A stretch of DNA of 32,752 nt from Methanosphaera sp. rholeuAM130. GTDB taxonomy: Archaea > Methanobacteriota > Methanobacteria > Methanobacteriales > Methanobacteriaceae. The translations under genes were made by a program, and so were the position numbers. This document shows positions 8,230 through 18,466 of the stretch, in pieces; the stretch's first letter is position 1; each line of letters opens with the position of its first letter. The notes below the pieces were generated by a model. That model did not search any database, was not told the DNA's origin, and was given only the letters and a program-made list of their open reading frames with translations. Where the stretch lies: positions 1,067-33,818 of the forward strand of contig MUZY01000241.1 in assembly GCA_003266065.1 (NCBI GenBank), read 5' to 3'.

Positions 8230-8997
8230 TTATATTGATTTCATGTTGTGGAAACTCATGAAATTTTTATACATAACCTTATCGATACTTTTTTTATCAT
8301 AATCGTTTATTTCCAATTCATGCTTCAGATTCGCTAAACTCATCGGATTCGATGGTGCATAACTCATGTCGCTGTCAACTACAAACTTGTCAAATCCATA
8401 TTCGTCAAATGCTTTTACCGTATCCTCAACACTCATTTTTAAAGGTTGGACAGTTATGGCCGGCGTGTAATCCTTATCGATTACTTTGTCCACAATTGAA
8501 AAGTCGACGTGATCTAACTGCACCAGTTTTGGATTGATGTTTTCATCAATCAGTTCAATTATCTTTTCGGTTACTTTTGCCTTATCTGTTCTGGGAGTGT
8601 GTACGATGACTCTATGATTGTACTCATCGGCCAGTTTCAGTTGCTTGATGAACACTTCCTGTTCCAGGCTGTTTGCCGTGTCCAATCCTATTTCACCGAT
8701 AGCTATGACATTCTCTTTGGACAAGTATTCCGGCAGTTTTTCAAGTACTTTTTCATAATCCGTTGGAATTGCACGTGGATGTATCCCCAATGCCATGAAA
8801 TATTTGATATTGTGCTGTTGGACACGCTTTTTTTCAACGTTCAATAATCTGTTAAAGTGTTCAAAGCATACATTTGATCTATTCATCTCCAAAGGATCAT
8901 AGGCACAGCTTACAACAGCTTTAACTCCTGCAATACTGATGTCTCTAAAATCCTCAACGGGTCTTGAATCGGAGTGCATGTGGGCATCGATAATCAT
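8230..8997 (-). CDS. TatD-related metal-dependent hydrolase (amidohydrolase superfamily)
   Basis: DAHMH, GIHP, IGEIGLD, VHTPR, DH, DSD metal-binding motifs. Confidence 0.88.
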   Translation of the reverse strand: MIIDAHMHSDSRPVEDFRDISIAGVKAVVSCAYDPLEMNRSNVCFEHFNRLLNVEKKRVQQHNIKYFMALGIHPRAIPTDYEKVLEKLPEYLSKENVIAIGEIGLDTANSLEQEVFIKQLKLADEYNHRVIVHTPRTDKAKVTEKIIELIDENINPKLVQLDHVDFSIVDKVIDKDYTPAITVQPLKMSVEDTVKAFDEYGFDKFVVDSDMSYAPSNPMSLANLKHELEINDYDKKSIDKVMYKNFMSFHNMKSI

Positions 8998-9002
8998 GGT
9001 AT

Positions 9003-10745
9003 CTACTCTTCTATCTCATCGAATTCGATAAATCCATTAATCAGCTGGCTAATTATCATCGGTATGTTTCTTATGGATACCCTTTTTTGTTTGAACGTAT
9101 CCCTGTTTCGTATGGTTGCTTTTTTATCATCAACACTGTCATAGTCAACGGTTATGGCGTATGGAATACCAATCTCGTCTGCACGGGCATATCGTCTACC
9201 TATTGTGGCACTGGTATCAAATGTAGTGATGATATTGTTTTCTCTAAGGGTATTTTCTATATCCTGAGCTATTTCAATCTGTTTTTCTTTATTGACCAAT
9301 GGAAGAACGGCAACTTTAATAGGTGCTATCTTTGCAGGTATTTTAAGGTATTTTCTTATTTCACCTTCTTCATTGGTGTCCTCTGTATATGAATGTAAGA
9401 GGGTGGAGTATGTTATTCTGTCAATACCGTAGGACGGTTCTATGACGTGAGGTATTATTCTTTCTCCCTTTATTTTTTCCGTTGTCGTGTTGAAGCTTAC
9501 GTAACTTTCATCAATGGTGTATTCATTATCATCAATGTCAAATGTGTAGCTGCCATCTTCTTCAAATGATTTAAGGATAATTTCAGCATCGGTATTTTCT
9601 AAGATTTCTTTGGCCTTAGGTGAGTCCTTTTTAAATGTCGGACCGAATTTTTTCATATTGAATGAAGCTTTAGTTACGGTAACCTCTTTCGGTGTTTCAT
9701 ACTCCTTAAATACACTCAAATCTTCTTTGCTGTGTTTGATGTGTGACTGTAGGTCGAAGTCGGTTCTGTCGGCTATACCTATAATCTCAATCCATCCGTA
9801 TTGGTCTGTCTTTACCTCTGCATCCCAACAGTCTATGGCATAATGAGCCATTTCATCCGGCAAGTGTTGTCTGAATCTGATTGCTTCATCAGGTATTCCA
9901 AGGTCGCTTAAGAAGTTTTTGGCAATAACAATCTGGTAAATCAATGTTTGGCTGCTTACAATGTTTTTGTCAATGGCCTCATTGACAAGTACTTTGATAG
10001 GTTCCTCATTGTTGAGCTGTTGTTTCTGCCCGTATAATCTTAATTCGTAGTTTTTAATGTTGTCATAGTTTCTATGAGTCTTGTCGGATGGATCAACAAA
10101 TATTTCAGCTTCTGCCTGGGTAAATTCCCTTAATCTTATTACTCCCTGTCTTGGCGACAGTTCGTTTCTGTATGATTTTCCGAGTTGAACTATACCGAAT
10201 GGAAGTTTGTCCTTATAGAATCTGCTTATGCGTTTGAATGATATGAATATTCCCTGTGCAGTTTCCGGCCTCATATATCCTACCTGTTTTCCGCTTGCAC
10301 CTATTTGGGTTTTGAACATTAGGTTGTAGCTTCTAACGTCATCCAAATTTCCGCCGCATTCCGGACAGATGATGTTGTTGTCCTTTATTATTTGCGTCAA
10401 TGTTTCATCTGGCAATCCTTCAACTTCTTGGTCGATATTTTCTTCAATGATATGGTCTGCCCGGTATACCTCTTTACATTCAGTACATTGGGTCATCGGA
10501 TCGGTAAAGTTGTCGACGTGTCCTGATGCTTTAAGAGTCTCCTTTGGCATTACGGTAGGTGCTTCGATTTCAAAGAACCTTTCCCTGCTTACGTAGTATT
10601 CCCTCCATAAATTCATGATGTTCGTTTTCAAGAGACCTCCTACCGGTCCGTAATCATAAAAACCTGCAACACCTGAGTATATTTCAAATGAAGGGTATAA
10701 AATTCCCCGTTTTTTGGCTATACTCATCATTTCTTCATTTTGCAT
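9003..10745 (-). CDS. glyS: Glycine--tRNA ligase (archaeal/eukaryotic alpha2 type)
   Basis: FYDYGPVG, SGHVDNFTDP, MRPETAQGIF, RLREFTQAEAE, EMAHYAIDCWD, VIEPSYGIDR, IGRRYARADEIG. Confidence 0.97.
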   Translation of the reverse strand: MQNEEMMSIAKKRGILYPSFEIYSGVAGFYDYGPVGGLLKTNIMNLWREYYVSRERFFEIEAPTVMPKETLKASGHVDNFTDPMTQCTECKEVYRADHIIEENIDQEVEGLPDETLTQIIKDNNIICPECGGNLDDVRSYNLMFKTQIGASGKQVGYMRPETAQGIFISFKRISRFYKDKLPFGIVQLGKSYRNELSPRQGVIRLREFTQAEAEIFVDPSDKTHRNYDNIKNYELRLYGQKQQLNNEEPIKVLVNEAIDKNIVSSQTLIYQIVIAKNFLSDLGIPDEAIRFRQHLPDEMAHYAIDCWDAEVKTDQYGWIEIIGIADRTDFDLQSHIKHSKEDLSVFKEYETPKEVTVTKASFNMKKFGPTFKKDSPKAKEILENTDAEIILKSFEEDGSYTFDIDDNEYTIDESYVSFNTTTEKIKGERIIPHVIEPSYGIDRITYSTLLHSYTEDTNEEGEIRKYLKIPAKIAPIKVAVLPLVNKEKQIEIAQDIENTLRENNIITTFDTSATIGRRYARADEIGIPYAITVDYDSVDDKKATIRNRDTFKQKRVSIRNIPMIISQLINGFIEFDEIEE

Positions 10746-11335
10746 TATTTACCTCCTTTAATATCAAAATCTTGTTTAATTTTACTTACTTGTGGTCCTT
10801 TTTGACGCATATACTTGCTGTCTCTATCTTCATGTCCATATGGCTTTGCAGATGGTGACGTCATGGTTTCAAATACTATCTGACATACCCTTTGACCGGG
10901 ATATAATGCAACAGGCATCTTGCCTATATTGGATATTTCCAGTGTTATCCTTCCTTCAAAGCCGGGGTCGATGTATCCTGCCGTAACGTGCATTGTAATA
11001 CCGAGTCTGCCCATTGATGACCTGCCTTCTACACGTGCAACTATATCATCAGGAATCTTCACATATTCATAAGTCGTCGCAAGGGTAAATTCTCCCGGAT
11101 GAATTATGAAAGGTTCACCTTCTTCAACAGTCAACATATCCATGTATGACTCTAAATCCGTATTGTCAAACGGGTCGATGAAGGGTTTTGTAACAATTTT
11201 AAATCCCTTGAATTCATCGCCTAATCTTAAATCCACACTTGACGGCTGTATCTGCTTTTCATCTTCTATAGGGTCAATTACAATTTTACCATCATCTAAA
11301 TATTTCTTTATATCCACATCACTAAGTATTGCCAT
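10745..11335 (-). CDS. dcd: dCTP deaminase
   Basis: IQPSSVDLRLG, EGRSSMGRLG, TAGYIDPGFEG, LEISN, SKY. Stop overlaps the glyS ATG (TAATG). Confidence 0.96.
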   Translation of the reverse strand: MAILSDVDIKKYLDDGKIVIDPIEDEKQIQPSSVDLRLGDEFKGFKIVTKPFIDPFDNTDLESYMDMLTVEEGEPFIIHPGEFTLATTYEYVKIPDDIVARVEGRSSMGRLGITMHVTAGYIDPGFEGRITLEISNIGKMPVALYPGQRVCQIVFETMTSPSAKPYGHEDRDSKYMRQKGPQVSKIKQDFDIKGGK

Positions 11336-11338
11336 TTT

Positions 11339-12052
11339 TTACTCCTCATTGTCCTTATTGATTCTTTGATTTATACGTTTTAATGTTCCACGTAATGTTT
11401 TTGCTTCTCTACCTGTGATAAATGATCTTCCAAGTATATGTTTTGCAATGTTTTTAACTATAACTTCCTTATGTTCGGGATAGTCTAGTTTTGATATGAT
11501 AGTATTCATCTGTGTCATCAGCACTTTTTTATCTTCTATCGTGGTAAAATCAATACTATCTACGGGATATTCTTTTTTATTCTTGAATATTTCATAAAAT
11601 ATGATAGAAGCAGCATGTGTGATATTCATAATGGGATATTCATCACTTGTCGGTATGCTTACTAGGATATCGCATAAATTTATTTCATCATTTGTAAGTC
11701 CATCACCTTCACGTCCGAATAATAATGCAATATTGCTGTTTATGTTAATGGTTTTTCCCAATTCCTCCGGAGTAATGGGCATTCTCTTGATGTTATGTTT
11801 ACCTCCAGGACTACCGCTGGTACCTATGACGCTTCCAATTTCCTTGTCTTCAATAAATTCATCTATTGAATCGTAAATCAAAGCATTCTCCACGATATCC
11901 TGTGCATGTACCGCTTGATAATATGAACTTTCATCAAGTTTGCATGGATTAATAAGTATCAAATCCTCAAAATCAAAGTTTTTCATACATCTTGCAAGAA
12001 AACCTATATTGCCCGGAGTTTTTGCTTCTACAAATACAGTATAAATTTTCAA
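11339..12052 (-). CDS. trmJ: SPOUT tRNA methyltransferase, TrmJ/TrmH family
   Basis: TPGNIGFLARCMKNF, LLFGREGDGLTNDE, SIPTSDEYPIMNITHA. Confidence 0.88.
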   Translation of the reverse strand: MKIYTVFVEAKTPGNIGFLARCMKNFDFEDLILINPCKLDESSYYQAVHAQDIVENALIYDSIDEFIEDKEIGSVIGTSGSPGGKHNIKRMPITPEELGKTININSNIALLFGREGDGLTNDEINLCDILVSIPTSDEYPIMNITHAASIIFYEIFKNKKEYPVDSIDFTTIEDKKVLMTQMNTIISKLDYPEHKEVIVKNIAKHILGRSFITGREAKTLRGTLKRINQRINKDNEE

Positions 12053-12191
12053 ATAGAATCACTATATGTATCTTTGTAGTATATTTTATTTATTCTTTGG
12101 CTATTGATATCATGTTTCAAAGTGGGAATAATAGTAATATTTTAATAATGATAATATTTAAAAATAAAAATAGGAAAGATGGAGGTTTATC

Positions 12192-12683
12192 ATGAATTTC
12201 AATGTTAAAAATTATTCGATAATAATGATAATATTGGGTATTATCACTATGGTATTTCCATTGGTGATTCCGACAACGGTAAGTATTATTTTCGGATTGT
12301 TCTTCATATTTGTAGCTTTGTTATTTCTACTCTTTGCTTATCAGCGATATGATTTCCAGAGAAATTCGGCTATTTTCAATATAATAGTAGCGATAATTTT
12401 TATTATGATTGGGATATATCTGATGCTAAATCCGGATATAATCATAATGATGTTTAAGATACTTCTATATGCGATGGCAATTATTTTAATTGTATCTGGT
12501 GTATATTCAATAATATCTGGAGTATTTAGGTCATTTACCCTATGGGGTATTGTAAATATTGTATTTGGTGTAATATCTCTAATCATGGCTTATTTATTTG
12601 CCAATCCTAATTATTTGGGAATAGTAGTGGGGTTATGGTTCTTGATTTGTGGAATATTGTCATTGTTTGATGATGATGAATAG
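12192..12683 (+). CDS. HdeD/DUF308 family membrane protein
   Basis: Six hydrophobic helices with repeated 'GI...P' and 'G.W..I.GI' patterns; GGAGG Shine-Dalgarno. Confidence 0.75.
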   Translation: MNFNVKNYSIIMIILGIITMVFPLVIPTTVSIIFGLFFIFVALLFLLFAYQRYDFQRNSAIFNIIVAIIFIMIGIYLMLNPDIIIMMFKILLYAMAIILIVSGVYSIISGVFRSFTLWGIVNIVFGVISLIMAYLFANPNYLGIVVGLWFLICGILSLFDDDE

Positions 12684-12716
12684 TTATTCCATAATTATTT
12701 TTTTGGGAGGTTATTT

Positions 12717-13037
12717 ATGTTAATCGTAACGACACCTTCGATAGAAGGAAAAGACGTTAAACAATACTTGGGTATTGTTAGCGGTGAAGGTTTAATAGGT
12801 GCAAATGTCTATAAGGATATCTTTTCAGGAGTACGTGACGTGGTTGGCGGCAGAACGTCCACATATGAAGATCAGCTTAAAAAAGCAAGAGAACTGGCAT
12901 TGCAGAGTATGATTGAAAAGGCTGAAGAGTTAGAGGCAAATGCGATATTGAATGTTCGTGTAAAATACAGTAACTTGGGTGGTACTATGGGAAACACGAT
13001 TCTTGTCAGCATAACTGGAACCGCCGTAAAATATTAA
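12717..13037 (+). CDS. UPF0145/YbjQ family protein
   Basis: [34 protein letters not shown]; 106 aa; GGAGG Shine-Dalgarno. Confidence 0.92.
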   Translation: MLIVTTPSIEGKDVKQYLGIVSGEGLIGANVYKDIFSGVRDVVGGRTSTYEDQLKKARELALQSMIEKAEELEANAILNVRVKYSNLGGTMGNTILVSITGTAVKY

Positions 13038-13558
13038 TTTTAATATTTTTATCCTTCTAGCCACCTTTATCATTGATTTTAACGGGTTAAGATACTAAAG
13101 AGACTTTTTTTCATGTTATGCTGTTTTATAGACTCGTATCATCCTCTATTTTTAAAAATATTTTTCACGTGGTTGATTGTTTTTCATTTTTCAATATTTT
13201 TTTATGTCACGTTGTTCACCCTCTTTATATTAGAAAATGCTATTAAAATAATGAAAGATTATTTATCATACATTAATATAATCGTGTTCAAACTCATTTA
13301 TATTGAATTGCTTTATCAATATCCAATAACTCATTTTTAACATGTATATGTGGTTGGAGGGATATGGAAGAAAAAAATGTATTGATGCAATATCTCATTT
13401 TTGGTTATGAACGCGTTTTTTTACGACTTCACACAGTCAATAATCGAAAAAATAATATAAAAAAAGGGGGAGTTGATTTGAAAATGCTTTTTAAGTAATT
13501 TAAAGTCAATGTTTGTCTTTTGTGTGGTGTAATGATAGTGTTATCATATTGGATTTGT

Positions 13559-15052
13559 CTATTCATATGCCTTGTTAAGCAATTCCATGATATTTATCAC
13601 TGATGTTTTGGAGCCTTTCTTCTTGAGCGAATCGCCAATGTTGTATTCGCAGAATGGACATATCGTTACCACATAATCAACGTCCAGCTTGTCAATCATA
13701 TCGACTTTTTCATCGGCCAAAGCCTCGGCTATCTCAGGTTTTCCTGATTTTACTCCACCACCTGCTCCACAGCATTGATCTGGCTTTTCCATTTCAATGA
13801 ATTCGACGCCTTTAAGTGATTTGAGTATGTTTCTTGGTTCTTCGCTAATGTTCTGGCTTCTTACAAGGTGGCATGGATCATGATATGTTACTTTCAAGTC
13901 AAGTTCGTTCATGTCATCAGGATTGAGCTTGTCCTGCAGAAATTCACTGATATCCATGACATTCAATTGCACACCGTACTCAGGATAATTGTTTTTGAGT
14001 GTTGCCCCGCAGCCGGCACATACTGTAATGACTGTATCGTAATCCTTGAAGACTTCATAGTTTTTATCCACCAGTTCCGGCATGATGTCAACTTGTCCTG
14101 TTCTTAAAAGAGGTGAACCACAGCAAACCTGTCCTTCAGGTATGTCCACTTCAATTTTCAGTTTGTCAAATAGCTCTACCAGATATTCGGCTATCCAAGG
14201 TAGTTTGTAGTCTATCATGCATCCTGTAAAGAATGCAACTTTGGCTTTTCTGTCTTTGTGTTCTTCATGATACTTTTTGATGAATCCTTCAGGATAATCA
14301 CTGTTTTCATCGGGTTTTACTGTACGATTCGTTTGCATGACTGATTCTCTTATCAGCTTATGTGGTGCCAGCGGTCCCTCGTTTTGGTTAAATATCTTTG
14401 CCCGCATTAATTCTATGGCCTTTCCGTAGATGTCTATTTCTTTTGGACATGTCTTGGTACATTGTCCACATGATGTACAGCAGTATAACCCTGAATTTAT
14501 GATGTCCTCGTTTCTGGACGTGTCATCCCTTGGATCAAATGATATGTCCGCAAGGTTTCTCATGAAGTACGGTCCGACAAAGTCTTCCGTTTTCTTAAGT
14601 ACAGGACACATTGATAAACATGAATAACATCCTATGCAACTTCTTAATTTGTCGGACAATTCAAACTCTTCAGGCTTTATTACCTCTGGATCTTGGTTAC
14701 ATTCATCACTTTCAGAGCCTATGTACAGATTCAAATCACGAACTTCTTCGGAGAAAGGTTTTCTGTCCACTATCAAATCCTTTATTATGTTAAAATCCAG
14801 TGCTTCCAAGGTATCATTATTCTGTATTTCCGCTTTACATGCAAGTACAGCTTTACCATTTACCTTTATTGCACATGATCCACATTGACCTGCTCTACAT
14901 GAGTATCTGTAGGCAATATTTGCATCATATTTTTTATTAATCTGGTTTAATGCATCAAGCACCTTCATTTTTGGCGTTTTTTCTATTTCATATGATTCTG
15001 TATAATGTAAATCTTCTACGGGATCATATCTTTTAACATTAACTTTAATCAT
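13559..15052 (-). CDS. tfrB: Thiol (CoM/CoB):fumarate reductase subunit B
   Basis: N-terminal SdhB/FrdB-type 2Fe-2S (SCRAGQCGSC...C), two 4Fe-4S motifs (CIGCYSCLSMCP, CTSCGQCTKTCP), and two HdrD-like CCG domains (CCGSP, YHDPCHL, CCGAGGG, CPFC). Confidence 0.93.
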   Translation of the reverse strand: MIKVNVKRYDPVEDLHYTESYEIEKTPKMKVLDALNQINKKYDANIAYRYSCRAGQCGSCAIKVNGKAVLACKAEIQNNDTLEALDFNIIKDLIVDRKPFSEEVRDLNLYIGSESDECNQDPEVIKPEEFELSDKLRSCIGCYSCLSMCPVLKKTEDFVGPYFMRNLADISFDPRDDTSRNEDIINSGLYCCTSCGQCTKTCPKEIDIYGKAIELMRAKIFNQNEGPLAPHKLIRESVMQTNRTVKPDENSDYPEGFIKKYHEEHKDRKAKVAFFTGCMIDYKLPWIAEYLVELFDKLKIEVDIPEGQVCCGSPLLRTGQVDIMPELVDKNYEVFKDYDTVITVCAGCGATLKNNYPEYGVQLNVMDISEFLQDKLNPDDMNELDLKVTYHDPCHLVRSQNISEEPRNILKSLKGVEFIEMEKPDQCCGAGGGVKSGKPEIAEALADEKVDMIDKLDVDYVVTICPFCEYNIGDSLKKKGSKTSVINIMELLNKAYE

Positions 15053-15356
15053 TTAATATCAATACCCCTTGTTGAAAAACATTTAATATAAACAGTTATC
15101 TAAAATGTATATCTGCAATTAATCTAAGCTACGATATTCATAGTTTCTATTTCATTAGAAATATATTTTTTGACTAAGTATTCTTATTGGCAAGAAGAAT
15201 CCAAATTATGTATCATTGCTAAAAAAATAATCTTAATGTGTACATTAACTTAAATATTTCATCATATATAAATATACATATAGAGTAATGTTAAATTGTT
15301 ACTATTTTTCTTTTGATAATTATGATTTTTTTTAATTATTTATAAGGAGTTATAAA

Positions 15357-17216
15357 ATGAAGATAAAAGAATTATTGAGTCCCGAGAAGGGAAATGAATA
15401 TTTTATGCTGGGTAATGAAGCGGCTGTAAGGGGAGTTTTAGAGTGTGGACTTTCACTGGCTGCAACATATCCTGGTACTCCATCCTCAGAGATAGGTGAT
15501 ATTCTTTATAAGATTGCAAAAAGTGCAAATGTTTATTTTGAATTTTCATCAAATGAAAAGGTCGCGGTTGAAGTGGCGGCAGCAGCTGCCAGTACTGGTC
15601 TTAGAACATTTTCATTCATGAAGCACGTTGGAGTAAATGTGGCTTCAGATTCATTGATGTCATCTGCTTATATAGGGGTGGAAGGTAGTTTCCTGCTCTT
15701 GATAGCTGATGATCCATCCACATTTTCATCACAGAATGAACAGGATACACGACACTTTGCAAGACAAGCAAATATACCTTTATTTGAACCATCAAATCCA
15801 CAGGAGATAAAGGATTATATTCATTATGCGTATGACATTTCTGATGAATATGATTTGCCCGTAATTATAAGAACGACTACCCGTGTATCACACATGCGCG
15901 GTGTCGTTACAACAGATGAATATACTAAAAACACAATCAATGCCGGTGAATTTAAAAATGAACGTTTACATGTACCGGTACCTGAAGCTGCAAGGGTTAT
16001 GCACAAGAATCTTGTCGAAAAAATTAACGTATTGCGTGAAGTTTCAAACGGCTCACCATTAAATAAAATAATCGACAACGGTGCTGATATTGGAATAATC
16101 ACTTCCGGTGGAGCATATAACTATGTAATCGACGTTGTCAATCAGAATAACTTAAAAGTTAATATTTTAAAGATAGGATTTTCACATCCATATCCTGAAG
16201 AGTTGGTTAAACAATTCCTCGAAAACAATAGGGAAGTGCTTGTCGTTGAAGAGGTAGATCCGATTAACGAAATCGAAACACTTGCAATAGTTGGTAAATA
16301 TAATCTACAAACCAAGGTTCACGGTAAACGTGACGGAACATTATCAGAGATATTCGAATATAATCCTAACATAGTCTTTGACGCCTTACGTAAATTATTG
16401 AACTTTGAAGACAATAGACCAACGCCAAACGAAAAAAGCAGCATCCAACTGCCATCCCGACCGGCAACGCTATGTGCGGGTTGTCCTCATAGAGCCGCAT
16501 ATTACTCTGCCAGACAGGCGATAAACAGTCTAAACCTGGACGTCGAGAGTATTCATCCATCGGATATAGGCTGTTACACATTGGGAATAGCACCTCCATA
16601 TAATATGGCAAATTATCTAATGTCAATGGGTGCAAGCGTAGGTACAAGTTGCGGTTTCAGCAAGTCAACGGAAAATCAACCGATTATCAGTTTTATCGGG
16701 GACTCCACATTCTTCCATGCAGGTATACCTCCGCTGATAAATGCACTGCACAATAAAAATAAGTTCACATTGGTTATTCTGGATAACAGAATTACTGCAA
16801 TGACTGGAGGACAGACAAATCCCGGCATTCCAGTTGACGGTATGGGTCAGGAGGCACCGGCCATATCGATTGAAAAGATTGTAAGGGCAATCGGAGTGGA
16901 ATTTGTTGAAGAAATCAATCCATTGAATGTCAATAAGATGATTGAAGTATACAAAGAGGCATTGAAATATGAGGGCGTATCTGTTATAATATCCAAATAT
17001 CCATGCAACCTGATAAATAAGGATGACATCAGGTCACGTAAATATCGTGTGGATGTTAATCAGGACAAATGTATCCACTGCAGGAAGTGTATCAGTCAAT
17101 TGGCATGTCCAAGCATCAACCTTGTGGATGAAAAGATAACAATAGATCAAAGTTGTATTAAATGTGGTGTATGTATTGATGTATGTCCAGTTGATGCAAT
17201 ATACAGGAAGGAGTAA
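15357..17216 (+). CDS. iorA: Indolepyruvate:ferredoxin oxidoreductase alpha subunit
   Basis: YPGTPSSEI, NEKVA, MKHVGVNVA, SSQNEQD, CAGCPHR, DIGCY, TPP-binding GDSTF...LDNRITAMTGGQ, C-terminal ferredoxin domain. Confidence 0.95.
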   Translation: MKIKELLSPEKGNEYFMLGNEAAVRGVLECGLSLAATYPGTPSSEIGDILYKIAKSANVYFEFSSNEKVAVEVAAAAASTGLRTFSFMKHVGVNVASDSLMSSAYIGVEGSFLLLIADDPSTFSSQNEQDTRHFARQANIPLFEPSNPQEIKDYIHYAYDISDEYDLPVIIRTTTRVSHMRGVVTTDEYTKNTINAGEFKNERLHVPVPEAARVMHKNLVEKINVLREVSNGSPLNKIIDNGADIGIITSGGAYNYVIDVVNQNNLKVNILKIGFSHPYPEELVKQFLENNREVLVVEEVDPINEIETLAIVGKYNLQTKVHGKRDGTLSEIFEYNPNIVFDALRKLLNFEDNRPTPNEKSSIQLPSRPATLCAGCPHRAAYYSARQAINSLNLDVESIHPSDIGCYTLGIAPPYNMANYLMSMGASVGTSCGFSKSTENQPIISFIGDSTFFHAGIPPLINALHNKNKFTLVILDNRITAMTGGQTNPGIPVDGMGQEAPAISIEKIVRAIGVEFVEEINPLNVNKMIEVYKEALKYEGVSVIISKYPCNLINKDDIRSRKYRVDVNQDKCIHCRKCISQLACPSINLVDEKITIDQSCIKCGVCIDVCPVDAIYRKE

Positions 17217-17221
17217 TTACT

Positions 17222-17809
17222 ATGACATATAACATTTATATTTGCGGAATAGGTGGACAGGGAATTATCAAAACATCCATCGTTATAGGACAAACTGCCC
17301 TAAAAGAAAAACAGCACGTTGTCATGAGCGAAATACATGGTATGAGCCAGCGTGGTGGAGTAGTCTCAACCGAGCTTAAAATTGGTGAGGATGAAAGTCC
17401 TATCATTCAGCAAGGAGGGGCTGATTTAATATTGGCATTTGAACCTGTTGAAGCGGTTCGTGCTCTTGAAAAATCCAATAAGGAAACTGTTGTAGTGGTC
17501 AATACATCCATCGTACTTCCTTCAACCATCAATCAGCAGGACGTCGATTATCCGGAAGTTGATGAAGTAATTAAAGAACTGGAATCCAAAGTTGCATCAG
17601 TTCATCCGATGGATGCAAATAAAATTGCATTGACAGCCGGTCATCCGCTATCCATGAACATGGCAATGTTGGGTGCAGTAACTGCAATAGATAACTTCCC
17701 ATTATCAAAAGAAGATATAATAACAACAATGAAAGAAAACTTACCTCCCAAATCAATTGATATTAATTTAAAGGCATTTGAAATGGGTTATGAAGCTTGC
17801 AATAAATAG
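17222..17809 (+). CDS. iorB: Indolepyruvate:ferredoxin oxidoreductase beta subunit
   Basis: GIGGQG, SEIHGMSQRGG, FEPVEA, NMAMLGA, INLKAFEMG. Confidence 0.95.
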   Translation: MTYNIYICGIGGQGIIKTSIVIGQTALKEKQHVVMSEIHGMSQRGGVVSTELKIGEDESPIIQQGGADLILAFEPVEAVRALEKSNKETVVVVNTSIVLPSTINQQDVDYPEVDEVIKELESKVASVHPMDANKIALTAGHPLSMNMAMLGAVTAIDNFPLSKEDIITTMKENLPPKSIDINLKAFEMGYEACNK

Positions 17810-18000
17810 ATGATTCAATCATCTATTCCAATCTCTTTTTAAATTATTCAGTTCAATATTTACATTTCATTTTTCAAAGTTCAATTTTTCACTAATTGAT
17901 ATGGCACTTTTTTTTGGAAAATCAAAAAACAGTATGCTAATAAAAATCTAATATTCGAATTCAGAACTATTATTATAAAAAACAGGACTATTCAAAATCA

Positions 18001-18019
18001 AAAGAAAAAAAGTGGGAGT
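18001..18019 (-). terminator. Pyrimidine/U-tract terminator after the paaK-ACT operon
   Basis: Directly after TAA the minus strand reads ACTCCCACTTTTTTTCTTT. Confidence 0.55.
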
Positions 18020-18454
18020 TTAAATAGAATATATTTCATCAGGACAGATTAGTTCGGCATTTCCTTCTTCCAATACCTTTAATCCCTCGTCCATATTCTC
18101 CAGTCTTAAGATTACTATGGCATCATATTTCTGTTGTTCCACGAATGCATACAGGTATTCCAAGTTAATGTTGTTATTGCTGAGCAATCTAAGTATTTTG
18201 TTTAATCCTCCAGGTTCATCGCTGATTGCAACAGGTATTACGTCGGTTAATTTAACTATAAAATCCTTTTTTTCCAGTTCTTCCTTAACCTTTAACGGAT
18301 CTGTTACAATCAATCTTAGAATTCCAAATTCGGATGTGTCTGCGATGGATAATGCACGTATATTGATATTTAATTCTTCAATAATGTCAAGGGTATGTAA
18401 CATTCTTCCCTCTTTGTTTTCAAGAAATATTGATAATTGTTTTAAGTATTCCAT
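18020..18454 (-). CDS. Tandem ACT-domain protein (paaK-associated)
   Basis: KQLSIFLENKEGR...INIRALSIADTSEFGILRLIV and D.PGGL...INLEYLYAF: two ACT repeats. Confidence 0.9.
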   Translation of the reverse strand: MEYLKQLSIFLENKEGRMLHTLDIIEELNINIRALSIADTSEFGILRLIVTDPLKVKEELEKKDFIVKLTDVIPVAISDEPGGLNKILRLLSNNNINLEYLYAFVEQQKYDAIVILRLENMDEGLKVLEEGNAELICPDEIYSI

Positions 18455-18466
18455 GGGTATCCCCCC

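Noticed and set aside
13113-13340. 75-aa Phe/Ile-rich ORF
   Set aside because: No SD, low-complexity T-rich sequence, no motif; probably spurious.
13559-15052. tfrB without adjacent tfrA as a sign of gene loss
   Set aside because: tfrA and tfrB are known to be unlinked in Methanobacteriales; absence from this window is uninformative.
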